A stretch of 64,000 nucleotides of DNA from an uncultured virus (IMG/VR IMGVR_UViG_3300011215_000019) (Duplodnaviria > Heunggongvirae > Uroviricota > Caudoviricetes): the IMG/VR virus record IMGVR_UViG_3300011215_000019, positions 1 through 64,000 of that record. One strand, given 5' to 3'. Numbering within the stretch: position 1 is the first letter of the stretch; each line of letters begins with the position of its first letter. The notes under the pieces were generated by a model that had not been told where the DNA came from, did no database searches, and saw only the letters and a program-made list of their open reading frames with translations. Shown piece after piece: positions 1-8,035 of this stretch. The position numbers and the translations under genes were made by a program.

Positions 1-159
1 GCGGTGGACGCTGCGTTGCTGCTGGGCGCAGGCTCCGTCGGCCTCGGCGTGCTGTACGCGCTGGGCTGCGTCGTGCTCGGCGCGACGGCCAGCTGGTGCG
101 GCATCCTGCTCGGGGCCACGCGCCGCCGCCGCGGAGCCTGCGCGGAGGATGCCCGATGA
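1..159 (+). CDS. crcB: Fluoride channel FluC/CrcB, C-terminal part (truncated by window edge)
   Basis: Frame 1 reads AVDAALLLGAG...LYALGCVVLGATASWCGILL...*; hydrophobic; ATGA overlap with second FluC. Confidence 0.75.
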   Translation, partial: AVDAALLLGAGSVGLGVLYALGCVVLGATASWCGILLGATRRRRGACAEDAR

Positions 160-539
160 CCGCCACGTTATTCATCGTTTTGTGCCTGTGCGGCGGCCTC
201 GGGGCCTGCGCCCGCTACGCGCTGGACGGATTGGTCGCCTCCCGCCTAGCAGGATCCATGCCGTGGGGCACGATCCTCATCAATCTCAGCGGATCGTTCC
301 TGCTGGGCCTGCTCGCGGGCTTGGCCGCCGGCAACCTGCTTCCCGCGGCGTGGCAGCTCGCAGTCGGAACGGGGTTCCTGGGCGGCTACACGACCTTCTC
401 CACCGCCAGCGTCGAGACTGTGCGATTGCTGCAGGCTCGCAAGCCGGTAGCCAGCGCGGCTAATGCCGTCGGCACCATGCTCGGCGCCCTCTCTGCGGCC
501 GGGCTCGGACTGTTGGCCGCCGCATGGCTGTGCTCGTGA
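156..539 (+). CDS. crcB: Fluoride channel FluC/CrcB
   Basis: GGLGACARY, PWGTILINLSGSFLLG and GFLGGYTTFST motifs; start at ATG 156. Confidence 0.95.
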   Translation: MTATLFIVLCLCGGLGACARYALDGLVASRLAGSMPWGTILINLSGSFLLGLLAGLAAGNLLPAAWQLAVGTGFLGGYTTFSTASVETVRLLQARKPVASAANAVGTMLGALSAAGLGLLAAAWLCS

Positions 540-575
540 CCGGACGGACGATTAATAAGCACGATTAAAAGACAT

Positions 576-599
576 GAGCCAGGCCTGTCGGCCTGGCTC
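576..599. terminator. Hairpin between convergent host genes
   Basis: GAGCCAGGCC-tgtc-GGCCTGGCTC. Confidence 0.6.
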
Positions 600-627
600 T
601 ACTGATTGAAAACTTGGGTGGTGCGAC

Positions 628-1134
628 TCAGCGTGCGGCGCGGCGGCCGCGGGCTGGTGCTGGCGACTGCGCGGACTGGGCAGTTCGGGCGCCCACCGGC
701 TGCGGTTGTGGCCGGGGGCTGGGCTGGGGCTTGGTCCGGTCGTGCGGTACTACGTAGCCGCCGGTGGCGAGGATCAGGATCGCGCTCACGCCAGTGAGCA
801 CGAGCATGGCGATGGCCCAGATCTGCGACTGCTCGGTGAACGACCGGTCGATGCTCAACCAGAGCACATAGGAGCCGACCAGGTAGATCAGGTGGATGAG
901 CGTGAGCCTGGTGCGCAGGCGAAGCTTGACGACGGCCTTCGGCGAGAAGAACACCGACCAGAGTGCCAGCAACGGCACCACCACCACGAGGATCGCGGGG
1001 ATCGTCGGCCAGGGCACATAGGCGATGGCGGCAAGTGCCGCGGCGAACAGCAAACCGACCTCCAGCAGGAAGGCGACGGCCGCGTAGAGCGAAGAGAGGA
1101 TGGGTGACACTTTCTGGGTATTGCTCTTGCCCAT
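628..1134 (-). CDS. YrdB/DUF2568-like membrane protein (host)
   Basis: AFLLEV and LWSVFFSPKA motifs, 4 hydrophobic segments; ATG 1134 chosen as start. Confidence 0.7.
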   Translation of the reverse strand: MGKSNTQKVSPILSSLYAAVAFLLEVGLLFAAALAAIAYVPWPTIPAILVVVVPLLALWSVFFSPKAVVKLRLRTRLTLIHLIYLVGSYVLWLSIDRSFTEQSQIWAIAMLVLTGVSAILILATGGYVVPHDRTKPQPSPRPQPQPVGARTAQSAQSPAPARGRRAAR

Positions 1135-1273
1135 GGCTAACTGCCTCACTCTAATTCCGCATGTTTTCGCCCAAGGATGCTCTCGGTATCTACTCAATTC
1201 TATGTGGTAAACAGAACGCCCGCGAGCAGGCTCGCGCGAGAGGTACAGCACCTCCAACCCGATTCCGGGCAGC

Positions 1274-1304
1274 AAAAGGCCCCGGAACCGAAGTTCCGGG
1301 GCCG
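1274..1304 (-). terminator. Intrinsic terminator downstream of the displaced ssrA 3' end
   Basis: GGCCCCGGAAC-loop-GTTCCGGGGCC with a T-run on the minus strand. Confidence 0.8.
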
Positions 1305-1305
1305 T

Positions 1306-1328
1306 TGGTGGAGATGGGGAGAATTGAA
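1306..1328 (-). other. ssrA: att core = 3' end fragment of tmRNA (ssrA)
   Basis: Minus strand TTCAATT-CTCCC-CATCTCC-A-CCA: T-loop, T-stem, acceptor 3' strand with U70 (Ala identity) and CCA; 22 bp repeated at 47492-47513. Confidence 0.85.
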
Positions 1329-1364
1329 CTGCCCTATAGGCCGTTTTTGCCCCATGCGCTCACT

Positions 1365-1440
1365 CTAGGATCGCCGGAATCATGCGGTTTTTGCCTAGGT
1401 TGACTCTAGGTCGTTCTAGGCTTTGATGCTTTAAGCATCA
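1365..1440. repeat. Left att arm: phased CTAGG repeats and TTAAGCATCA sites (likely Int/Xis binding)
   Basis: CTAGG at 1395, 1406, 1416; TGATGCTTTAAGCATCA 1424-1440; matching motifs at 47383-47445. Confidence 0.7.
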
Positions 1441-1475
1441 TAGCAATCTGCCCTTGTAGGGTCACCTCACCGTAT

Positions 1476-1504
1476 TTGCAATGTCCTAATTTAGGGCATA
1501 TACT
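1476..1504 (+). promoter_or_regulatory. SigA-type promoter with palindromic operator in the spacer
   Basis: TTGCAA-17 bp-TATACT; spacer TGTCCTAATTTAGGGCA is a near-perfect inverted repeat. Confidence 0.8.
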
Positions 1505-1511
1505 GAATTCA

Positions 1512-1550
1512 CAAGCAAGGGCAAACAGCCCAGCTCGAACCCAAAAGGGG
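1512..1550 (+). promoter_or_regulatory. Double stem-loop 5' leader, copy 1
   Basis: CAAGCAAGGGC-AAACA-GCCCAGCT-CGAA-CCC-AAAA-GGGG; second copy at 1775-1813. Confidence 0.7.
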
Positions 1551-1555
1551 AAACA

Positions 1556-1732
1556 ATGAACGCCACACAGGAACGCAAGCCAGTCACCATGACCGCCGAG
1601 ACGCTTGCAGCCCGAGCATTCAAGTACGTTGCTCTTCAGCACCCATTCGCCAGCAATCGCGAGCTGAAGGAAATCGCTGGCAAGTACATGCGCCGAATGA
1701 TCGAAACCGGCATGATCATTATCGAAGGCTAG
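1556..1732 (+). CDS. Small unknown protein, 58 aa (not in ORF track); candidate anti-defence protein
   Basis: MNATQERKPVTMTAETLAARAFKYVALQHPFASNRELKEIAGKYMRRMIETGMIIIEG*; AAGGGG RBS; first gene after promoter. Confidence 0.75.
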   Translation: MNATQERKPVTMTAETLAARAFKYVALQHPFASNRELKEIAGKYMRRMIETGMIIIEG

Positions 1733-1774
1733 CCGGCCCGGCGGGGCGCAAGCCCCGCCCAATCAACCAAAAAT

Positions 1775-1813
1775 CAAGCATGGGTCATCGAACCTAGCTT
1801 CAACCCAAAGGGG
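1775..1813 (+). promoter_or_regulatory. Double stem-loop 5' leader, copy 2
   Basis: CAAGCATGGGT-CATCGA-ACCTAGCT-TCAA-CCC-AAA-GGGG. Confidence 0.7.
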
Positions 1814-1820
1814 TAATATC

Positions 1821-2096
1821 ATGGCTTCGAAAGCCACCGCCGAAAAATGGCTGAAGGATCTTGCAGAACTCGCAGCAACGAACGGCTGGCAACAGCTCGA
1901 TGAAATCAAAACTGTGATTCAGTCGCAAGCGATTAGTTTTGTGCGCGAGCCCCTTGGTGTTCGGGAATCCGTCACCTTGTTGACTTACTACAATTGGAGC
2001 ACAGGACAGGTGCAGCGATCTGCTTTCACCACAACCCGAAATAGCAATAGGGACATTACTCTGCGAGACGTTCCCAGGTTGCTTACATTCAAGTAA
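1821..2096 (+). CDS. Small unknown protein, 91 aa; candidate anti-defence protein
   Basis: ORF with AAGGGG RBS inside the repeated leader. Confidence 0.75.
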   Translation: MASKATAEKWLKDLAELAATNGWQQLDEIKTVIQSQAISFVREPLGVRESVTLLTYYNWSTGQVQRSAFTTTRNSNRDITLRDVPRLLTFK

Positions 2097-2105
2097 GGCC
2101 GCTCA

Positions 2106-2426
2106 ATGAACCAAACTGAATTTTCCGCTATCCGTCGATTGGTTGGCCTAACCGCTGAACAATTCGGCGACAAGCTTAGTATCAACCCGCGCACTGTTCG
2201 TCGTTGGGAGTCGGGTGCAACGATTATTTCGGATAGTGCCGCCGCGCTGATCCAGGACTTGCGCGCTACGCATGACCTCGATTTTGAGTCGTGTCTTGCG
2301 ATCGCTGGTCGGGGTGATATTGTCACGTTCCCCGAGGGTGACGGCGACCGGCCGAATAGTTGGTGGCTTGCCGTGGCAGCTCGAATCATCGACCGCATAC
2401 CCGACGCCCGCTTAGCATGGGCCTAA
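2106..2426 (+). CDS. XRE HTH protein, Aca2/YdiL (DUF1870)-like
   Basis: HTH IRRLVGLTAEQFGDKLSINPRTVRRWESG; C-terminal NSWWLAVAAR. Confidence 0.75.
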   Translation: MNQTEFSAIRRLVGLTAEQFGDKLSINPRTVRRWESGATIISDSAAALIQDLRATHDLDFESCLAIAGRGDIVTFPEGDGDRPNSWWLAVAARIIDRIPDARLAWA

Positions 2427-2478
2427 GTGTCCCCCCGTTGCCCGTAGACTCTTTTTAGACAAATTGGAGGAAAAGCCA

Positions 2479-2994
2479 GTGAAGAAAACTATTGCCACTG
2501 CCGCCGTGCTGGCTGCTCTCGCGCTTACCGGGTGCACTTCGGGTAATCAGTCAGCTACGCCGGAACCGACCGCCACTGCCACGCCCAGCGCGTCGGAAGC
2601 TGTATCTGCGCCTGCATCTGCATCTGCATCTGCATCTGCAAGCGAATCGGTCAAGGCTAGCGCTTCGAATGCCGCCAAGCCGGACGCTGGCCAGGTGTGG
2701 GCTGACAAGATGATCAACCTGTTCTTGAATGGCAACAGCAAGTCAAAATTTGCTGACTTCAACGATGAATTGCCACACCACTACATCACCGAGTGGGGTC
2801 AGGACTCCGAAGGCGTTTTGAAGGTCACTGTCAAAGGTTCGAAATGGTCCGAGGATGACCTCAGCCTCCTTGGCCGAACCATCATGAGCACGGCCGGCGA
2901 AGAAACTGAATCTTTGACTCGTGTCGTGGTTGTTGATGACATCAAGAGCACCAAGGGCGAAGCGACTCGCGCAGATATTGGTGACTGGAATTAA
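2479..2994 (+). CDS. Lipoprotein moron
   Basis: GTG start after GGAGG; signal peptide with lipobox LTGC; Ala/Ser/Pro linker. Confidence 0.8.
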   Translation: MKKTIATAAVLAALALTGCTSGNQSATPEPTATATPSASEAVSAPASASASASASESVKASASNAAKPDAGQVWADKMINLFLNGNSKSKFADFNDELPHHYITEWGQDSEGVLKVTVKGSKWSEDDLSLLGRTIMSTAGEETESLTRVVVVDDIKSTKGEATRADIGDWN

Positions 2995-3036
2995 AAGAAA
3001 AAAATGCCCGCGCACTCGAAAGTGCGCGGGCATTTT
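2994..3036. terminator. Bidirectional terminator
   Basis: AAAAATGCCCGCGCAC-tcgaaa-GTGCGCGGGCATTTTT between convergent genes. Confidence 0.85.
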
Positions 3037-3044
3037 TGGCTCTG

Positions 3045-3446
3045 TTACTTGTTGCGGCGGTCGTTCAGGTAGTTCTGCCAGGCGAGGGTGAGGTAGTAAT
3101 CCGGGAAGGTCGACGGGCCGTTGGTGCGGCCGTAGTAGATCTTGTTACCGGTGTAGACGTTCCCTCCGTCTGCCGACAGGAACGAACAGGCAGCAGAAAT
3201 GGTCATCCCCTTGACCAGTCCGTCAATGGCGCCTGTGTACTTTCCGGCGTAGCGGCCCTTGTCGCGAAGGTAGCGCTGCCACGCCTTGATAGTCGCCGGG
3301 CCAAACTTTCCGTCCAACAGGTAGGCGGTGGTGTAGTGGCCGGTCTTCCGGAGCTCCACCTGCAAGGCGTGAGTGGTTTCCGAATACTTGGTCGCGCTGG
3401 CGTTCCAAACGGCGTCTTCCTTGATTGCTGTCGATGGGTATGCCAT
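3045..3446 (-). CDS. Stand-alone peptidoglycan-binding-like protein
   Basis: DGKFGPATIKAWQRYL and YTGAIDG motifs resembling the endolysin repeats; no catalytic domain seen. Confidence 0.65.
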   Translation of the reverse strand: MAYPSTAIKEDAVWNASATKYSETTHALQVELRKTGHYTTAYLLDGKFGPATIKAWQRYLRDKGRYAGKYTGAIDGLVKGMTISAACSFLSADGGNVYTGNKIYYGRTNGPSTFPDYYLTLAWQNYLNDRRNK

Positions 3447-3586
3447 GGTGTTTTCTCATTTCTCCCCCGTTTTGGGGGTGTTTGAATGCCCCGCGCCGTT
3501 TTGACGCGGGGCATGGAAAATCCCCGTCACCGTTTGGCGCGGGGTTGGTTTTTGGAGGTGCGGGTAAGCCGTTGGCTCACCAGCGC

Positions 3587-4015
3587 TTATTCGGTGTCGC
3601 TCGCCGAATCGCTGAACCCGTAGCGGGCGGGGTCGGAGGTCGTGGCCTCATGTGCGGAAGCGACCGGAAAAGCGGTCTTAGCCTCACGGGCCGCACGCTT
3701 CACCAAAGCGTCAAACTCGTGCACTTCCGCGCTGCCGGTCACGTCGGGGTCGTTGCGGTCGCCAGCGGCCAGCCAGGGAGCGAAGCGCTGCAGGAACGCT
3801 TCAACACCGGGGACGGCCATGATGCGGGTCAATGCGCCCGATGCGGCGAGAACGCCCGCGACGGCACCGGTAGCCAGCTCGGGCGACTGCTGTGCGGCCG
3901 CGGCGTAGATCAGCGGGGCCAGCGCGGCCAGCGCGATCACTGCGGTGAACACGGTTCGGATGGTTGCGCGCCACGGGTGTGCGCTCTGAGTGGTTTTGGC
4001 TTCGTGCTTTGCCAT
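3587..4015 (-). CDS. Holin
   Basis: MAKHEAK... HPWRATIRT, two TM segments, ALTRIMAVPGVEAFL; follows endolysin. Confidence 0.8.
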   Translation of the reverse strand: MAKHEAKTTQSAHPWRATIRTVFTAVIALAALAPLIYAAAAQQSPELATGAVAGVLAASGALTRIMAVPGVEAFLQRFAPWLAAGDRNDPDVTGSAEVHEFDALVKRAAREAKTAFPVASAHEATTSDPARYGFSDSASDTE

Positions 4016-4026
4016 GTGTTTGCCTC

Positions 4027-4890
4027 CTAGGCGTTTTGGGTGTTCATGAACTTTTGGAATGCTTTGACGGTCATCGGTCCGAAGTCGCCGTCGATCTTGC
4101 CCGCGTAGAGCTTCTTTCGGACAAGGAAGCGTTGAAGCCCCTTGATGGTGACCTTGCCGGGCTTCCCGTCGATCAGGTAGCCCTTTGGGTAGTGGCCGAC
4201 CTTGCGAAGCCACGACTGCACGGCCTTCCAGGTCAGCGGTCCCGGCTTTCCGTCGACAATGCCGTTGTAGGTTCCGATGGCGCGCATGACGATCTGGACG
4301 GCTTTCCAGGTGGTCGCCCCGGCTTTGCCGTCGATGACCAGATCCTTGAAGTTCGTCGGCTGGGTTTTGGCCGGTGCGCTTGGCTTGGATGGCTTGGCAT
4401 TGCCCGCGGGCTTCACGTTGCCGATTCCTTCCGGTGCGCTGCCGGGGTCGAGGATGTAGCGTTCGAACAGGATGCGCGGGTTGAAGTGGCTGCTGAGCGA
4501 GCCGTTAGACCAGGTTTCGAAGTGCAGGTGCGGGCCGGTCACGGTGCCGGTCTTGCCCACGGTGCCGATGATCTGGCCAGCTTCTACCTTGTCGCCGACC
4601 TGTACGAACACTTCGTCGAGATGCCCGTAATACTGGCGGGCGTTATCGGTGTTTCGAATCAGCCCATGGTTGCCGGACTTTACGCCCTTCCAAAGGTGCG
4701 GATCGCCAGGGTATGAATTGGTTCGAACGGACTCGACGATGCCGCCGAATGCTGCGCGGACAGGGGTCCCCACGGGTGCGGCAATGTCGATGCCCGCGTG
4801 CGAGGTAACTACGCCGGTCACGGGGTGCTTCCGGTTCTTCGACCATTCCGAGGACACTCGGCCAGCGACAGGGCTAACCATTTTGGACAT
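4027..4890 (-). CDS. Endolysin: M23 peptidase plus three PG-binding repeats
   Basis: HAGIDI, YGHL, TGPHLHFE; DGKxGxxT repeats. Confidence 0.93.
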   Translation of the reverse strand: MSKMVSPVAGRVSSEWSKNRKHPVTGVVTSHAGIDIAAPVGTPVRAAFGGIVESVRTNSYPGDPHLWKGVKSGNHGLIRNTDNARQYYGHLDEVFVQVGDKVEAGQIIGTVGKTGTVTGPHLHFETWSNGSLSSHFNPRILFERYILDPGSAPEGIGNVKPAGNAKPSKPSAPAKTQPTNFKDLVIDGKAGATTWKAVQIVMRAIGTYNGIVDGKPGPLTWKAVQSWLRKVGHYPKGYLIDGKPGKVTIKGLQRFLVRKKLYAGKIDGDFGPMTVKAFQKFMNTQNA

Positions 4891-4967
4891 GGAACTACCT
4901 ACTTTCGGGTATAAGAAAGCCCCGGCGCTCGATAGCGTCGGGGCAAAGGAAAAGGACTAGCTGTTTG

Positions 4968-5384
4968 CTAGTCCTTGTGTAGATTTCGTTGTAGCGCTTC
5001 AAGAGTGGGCATCAGCGGTGCTGTTTGTTCGATATGGTCCGCGAACTCTTGTCGCAACGCTTGTGTCTCGCGGCGTCCGGCGCGATCTTCAGCGTGCAGC
5101 ATCCCGATGTCTTTGCGGGTCTCGTAGTGATCTTCGCGAAGCCCACGAACGTCTCGGGCCAGCTCTTTCAGTGCCTTCATCTGTTCGCCGTGGCGTTCGT
5201 CGCCTTCTTCGCGCAAGTTCGTGTCATGGTCGTTTTTGACCTGTTCACGGGCTTCTCTCGCGTCTTTCCCGATCTCCGCTAGTTTTGATCGGAAAGCGAA
5301 GTATGCGGGAATCCCAGCGCCAAGGATCACGCCTGCGGTGATCACAATTTGAACGATCACCGTTTCAGTCATCCATTCGGGCAT
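4968..5384 (-). CDS. Lysis-cassette membrane protein (DUF2746-like)
   Basis: One N-terminal TM, QVKNDHDTNLRE motif, coiled coil. Confidence 0.7.
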   Translation of the reverse strand: MPEWMTETVIVQIVITAGVILGAGIPAYFAFRSKLAEIGKDAREAREQVKNDHDTNLREEGDERHGEQMKALKELARDVRGLREDHYETRKDIGMLHAEDRAGRRETQALRQEFADHIEQTAPLMPTLEALQRNLHKD

Positions 5385-5400
5385 TTTTTACCTTTCAAAT

Positions 5401-7476
5401 CTATTCATCGCCTCGTTTCGTGTTGGTGGGCAATTCGCCGCCTTCTAGGCTTTCCCATGTTCGAATGTCCTCTTGGCCCAGTGACCATAGCGCGATGCCT
5501 TGCAAGCCCCAGTCGAGCACGGCCCGGCCCCGCCAATGCGTGATTGTCGTGGCGTCGGTGAAGTAGACGATTGATGCGCCGTCGCGGTCGAGGATCATGA
5601 GCCGGCCGAGCCATAGGTCATGATCGAGCGGCCGGATTCGAAACGTGGTGTTTGTGCCGGTGGTGATTGGCAGGTCTTTCCAGTGGGCGTAGACCCAATC
5701 GAGTGAGACGCCGGTTTCGCGTGTCGTGGATTCTTCCACGTCGGCGTTCGGTCGGAACCGATTCTTGTCGTCCCAGGTGACCCCGGTGCGTTCAATGCGT
5801 CCGAGCACCTTGGATTGGCCGTTGACAATGATTTCCACGGCTTCGCGAGGCTGATACCACCAGCCGTCGCCAAGGTAGGCGTGATCTATCCAGGCGGTGC
5901 CGGTCGAGGTGAATTCGGTTGGTCCACTGGTCGGCGTTGTGGAGACTTCGAGCTGCAGCGGTATGGACGTTTCAGCGTTGGAGAAATAGACGCGAGCGGA
6001 ATTCTCCCGAACCCTCAACGCGAGCACGCACCGGCCAACCTGCGGCGTTGCCCCGACGACCTGCGCGCCGACTTGTTTCGTGGCCAGCACGGTTGAACCG
6101 CGTAGCAACCTGAGTTCGCCCGCGCTTGAAAGGTCGGCGGTGATGCCTTGCGAGCTGACTCCGAATCGGCCGGCGGTGGCGAACTGGAATCGTGCCATCG
6201 CGTAGAGCGCTTGGTTTCCGAAGTCGTTGCCGAAGCGTAGCGTGCCGGTTCCCCGATACTGCTTGTAGCTCGACGTGACCTGATGGAAAGCCCACGCCCC
6301 GGATGGCTGCGTGTAGACCGCGCTTAGCTGCTGTGTTGACGTTGCATAGTCGTCGATGATGGTTGCCGCGACCGGCTCACGCTGGATAATCTCGGTCGTG
6401 AGCGTGTACCCAACTTTCGGCGAAACCGTGGCGCCGTTCGCCGCGATGACCGGGGCCGCGTTGAACTGGTAATCAACGTAGCTGTTGCCAACCGAGTTGT
6501 CGGCGACTGACCATTGCGGAACGCCTGCGGGCAGACCGTAACGAACCGCGTATTCACGGTTAGCGAAGAGCCCTGAAAACACGCCGTTCGAGTTTTCCCA
6601 TTGGGTCGGTTCTTTCCAGTCGTAGCAGTCGAGGAAACCCCAGGCGCTCATGCTTGATGAATCGCGGTAGGCTACCCAGCCGATCGGATAGTGTGTGCCT
6701 GAGTCTGACCAGGGCCTCGCGCCGACGAAGTATTGCCAGGCGCTGTAGTAGGTTCCTGAGACGCCGCGCCGGGTGGCTCCCCACGATTCGGGGTAGTCGT
6801 GGATCGACCAGAAGTAGGCGTACAGGGGTAAGCCCATGCTGATTTTTGAGGGTGTGATTTGCGAGCTTGCCCAGTCGTAGACCTCTTCAAGCCAGAATCC
6901 CGGCGATACTGGGCCGGGCGCTGAGCCTGACCAAGCGAAGTCGTAGGACATGATCGACACATGATCGAGCATCGCCCCGAGCTGTTTGTATCGCACCCAG
7001 TGTTCGCCACCGACTGAGCCGGTGAAGGTGAGCGCTGGCAAGGCTGCGGATGCTTTGAGTTTGCGGGCGTGGGCGAGGTCGGCAACTTCTTTGAACAAGG
7101 CTTCAGATGCGGCCGCGTTCGATGCTGCGCCACCTTGTTCTAGATCAATGTCGATGCCATAGAGCCAGGGGTGAGCGTCCAGCACACCGTTGAGTTCGGT
7201 CATGAGTCGGGCGCGAGCGATTGCGTCCGTCCGTAGCGCTGTGAAGATGGACCCTACGCCGTCGTTTCGGAAGCATAGCCAGAATCGGAGGTGCGGCCAT
7301 TTCGCCCGATACACGTCCAATAACGACGGGTCAAAGGTCTGTTCCAAGGCGCCGTTCGCTCCGACGCGCCAACCGAAGATCGACACGTCGGTGATGCGGT
7401 CGCCGTAGTTGTCGAGCACCAGGCGGATTCGTTCAGTCCAGCTAAGCCCTACCCATACCCATACGTTCGGTGTCAT
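5401..7476 (-). CDS. GH18 glycoside hydrolase with large internal insertion (probable virion enzyme)
   Basis: GIDIDLE (DxDxE), IMSYDF, KISMGLPLY, C-terminal GLQGIALWSLGQED; start MTPNV at 7476. Confidence 0.85.
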   Translation of the reverse strand: MTPNVWVWVGLSWTERIRLVLDNYGDRITDVSIFGWRVGANGALEQTFDPSLLDVYRAKWPHLRFWLCFRNDGVGSIFTALRTDAIARARLMTELNGVLDAHPWLYGIDIDLEQGGAASNAAASEALFKEVADLAHARKLKASAALPALTFTGSVGGEHWVRYKQLGAMLDHVSIMSYDFAWSGSAPGPVSPGFWLEEVYDWASSQITPSKISMGLPLYAYFWSIHDYPESWGATRRGVSGTYYSAWQYFVGARPWSDSGTHYPIGWVAYRDSSSMSAWGFLDCYDWKEPTQWENSNGVFSGLFANREYAVRYGLPAGVPQWSVADNSVGNSYVDYQFNAAPVIAANGATVSPKVGYTLTTEIIQREPVAATIIDDYATSTQQLSAVYTQPSGAWAFHQVTSSYKQYRGTGTLRFGNDFGNQALYAMARFQFATAGRFGVSSQGITADLSSAGELRLLRGSTVLATKQVGAQVVGATPQVGRCVLALRVRENSARVYFSNAETSIPLQLEVSTTPTSGPTEFTSTGTAWIDHAYLGDGWWYQPREAVEIIVNGQSKVLGRIERTGVTWDDKNRFRPNADVEESTTRETGVSLDWVYAHWKDLPITTGTNTTFRIRPLDHDLWLGRLMILDRDGASIVYFTDATTITHWRGRAVLDWGLQGIALWSLGQEDIRTWESLEGGELPTNTKRGDE

Positions 7477-7949
7477 TCGTAGCCTCTTTCGTTCCAAGCG
7501 AGTCGAAGGTGTAGTCGGCCGGTCGCGAAGGCTTCCATGTTCAGGTTCGACCGTTCGGTGATGGTCGGCGGTCTGCCCCAACCGTGGGTTGCTGAATGCT
7601 CGCGTGCATCGGCCACTGCTGAGCCGTTGAGCTCGCCGAAACGGTATGACCCTACTCGGGTGTCACCCTTGGCGTTGCGGACGCTCATGCGAACTGGGGC
7701 GGCCGCGTCGGCGTTGGAGAGGGCGACTAGGGTCATGCGGTTGTTCACGACCCCGTTGCGGTACTGCGCCCCGCCCTGCGTGGTGCCAACTTCCCGCGGG
7801 TTCGGCACGACACCGGTCGCGAGTTCCCCGGATTGCAGTTGCACATCGGTGATCAGTACGGCCGCGGACTCGGGAACGTCGGTGGCGGTGATCCTAAGCC
7901 GGATGGAGGTCACGCGCTTCTCTGTGTAGAGCGACTGCTGAAGACGCAC
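7473..7949 (-). CDS. Minor tail protein
   Basis: ITDVQLQSG similar to ITDVMFQPG in 9472-10272; overlaps GH18 start. Confidence 0.7.
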   Translation of the reverse strand: MRLQQSLYTEKRVTSIRLRITATDVPESAAVLITDVQLQSGELATGVVPNPREVGTTQGGAQYRNGVVNNRMTLVALSNADAAAPVRMSVRNAKGDTRVGSYRFGELNGSAVADAREHSATHGWGRPPTITERSNLNMEAFATGRLHLRLAWNERGYE

Positions 7950-7967
7950 TAGTCACCCCGTCTGAAA

Positions 7968-7990
7968 TTGTCGCCGCTCACAGGTAAGCT
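7968..7990 (+). promoter_or_regulatory. Possible PafBC-type (RecA-independent DNA-damage) promoter
   Basis: TTGTCGC-N10-TAAGCT versus consensus TGTCGG-N10-TA-N3-T. Confidence 0.45.
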
Positions 7991-8035
7991 GACTGTACTT
8001 CGGAGACGCCGAAGTATTAGAAAAGTAGGTGACCT

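Noticed and set aside
1306..1335. Intact tRNA-Ala or tmRNA gene
   Set aside because: Only the T-loop to CCA segment is present; the 5' strand of the T-stem does not pair, so it is an att fragment. Same at 47492, which ends CCC.
1406..1762. 118-aa minus-strand ORF
   Set aside because: Antisense to the promoter, leader and 58-aa ORF, and runs into att arm sites
2614..2640. (GCATCT)n as a phase-variation tract
   Set aside because: In-frame hexamer encoding an Ala-Ser linker; slippage would not shift the frame
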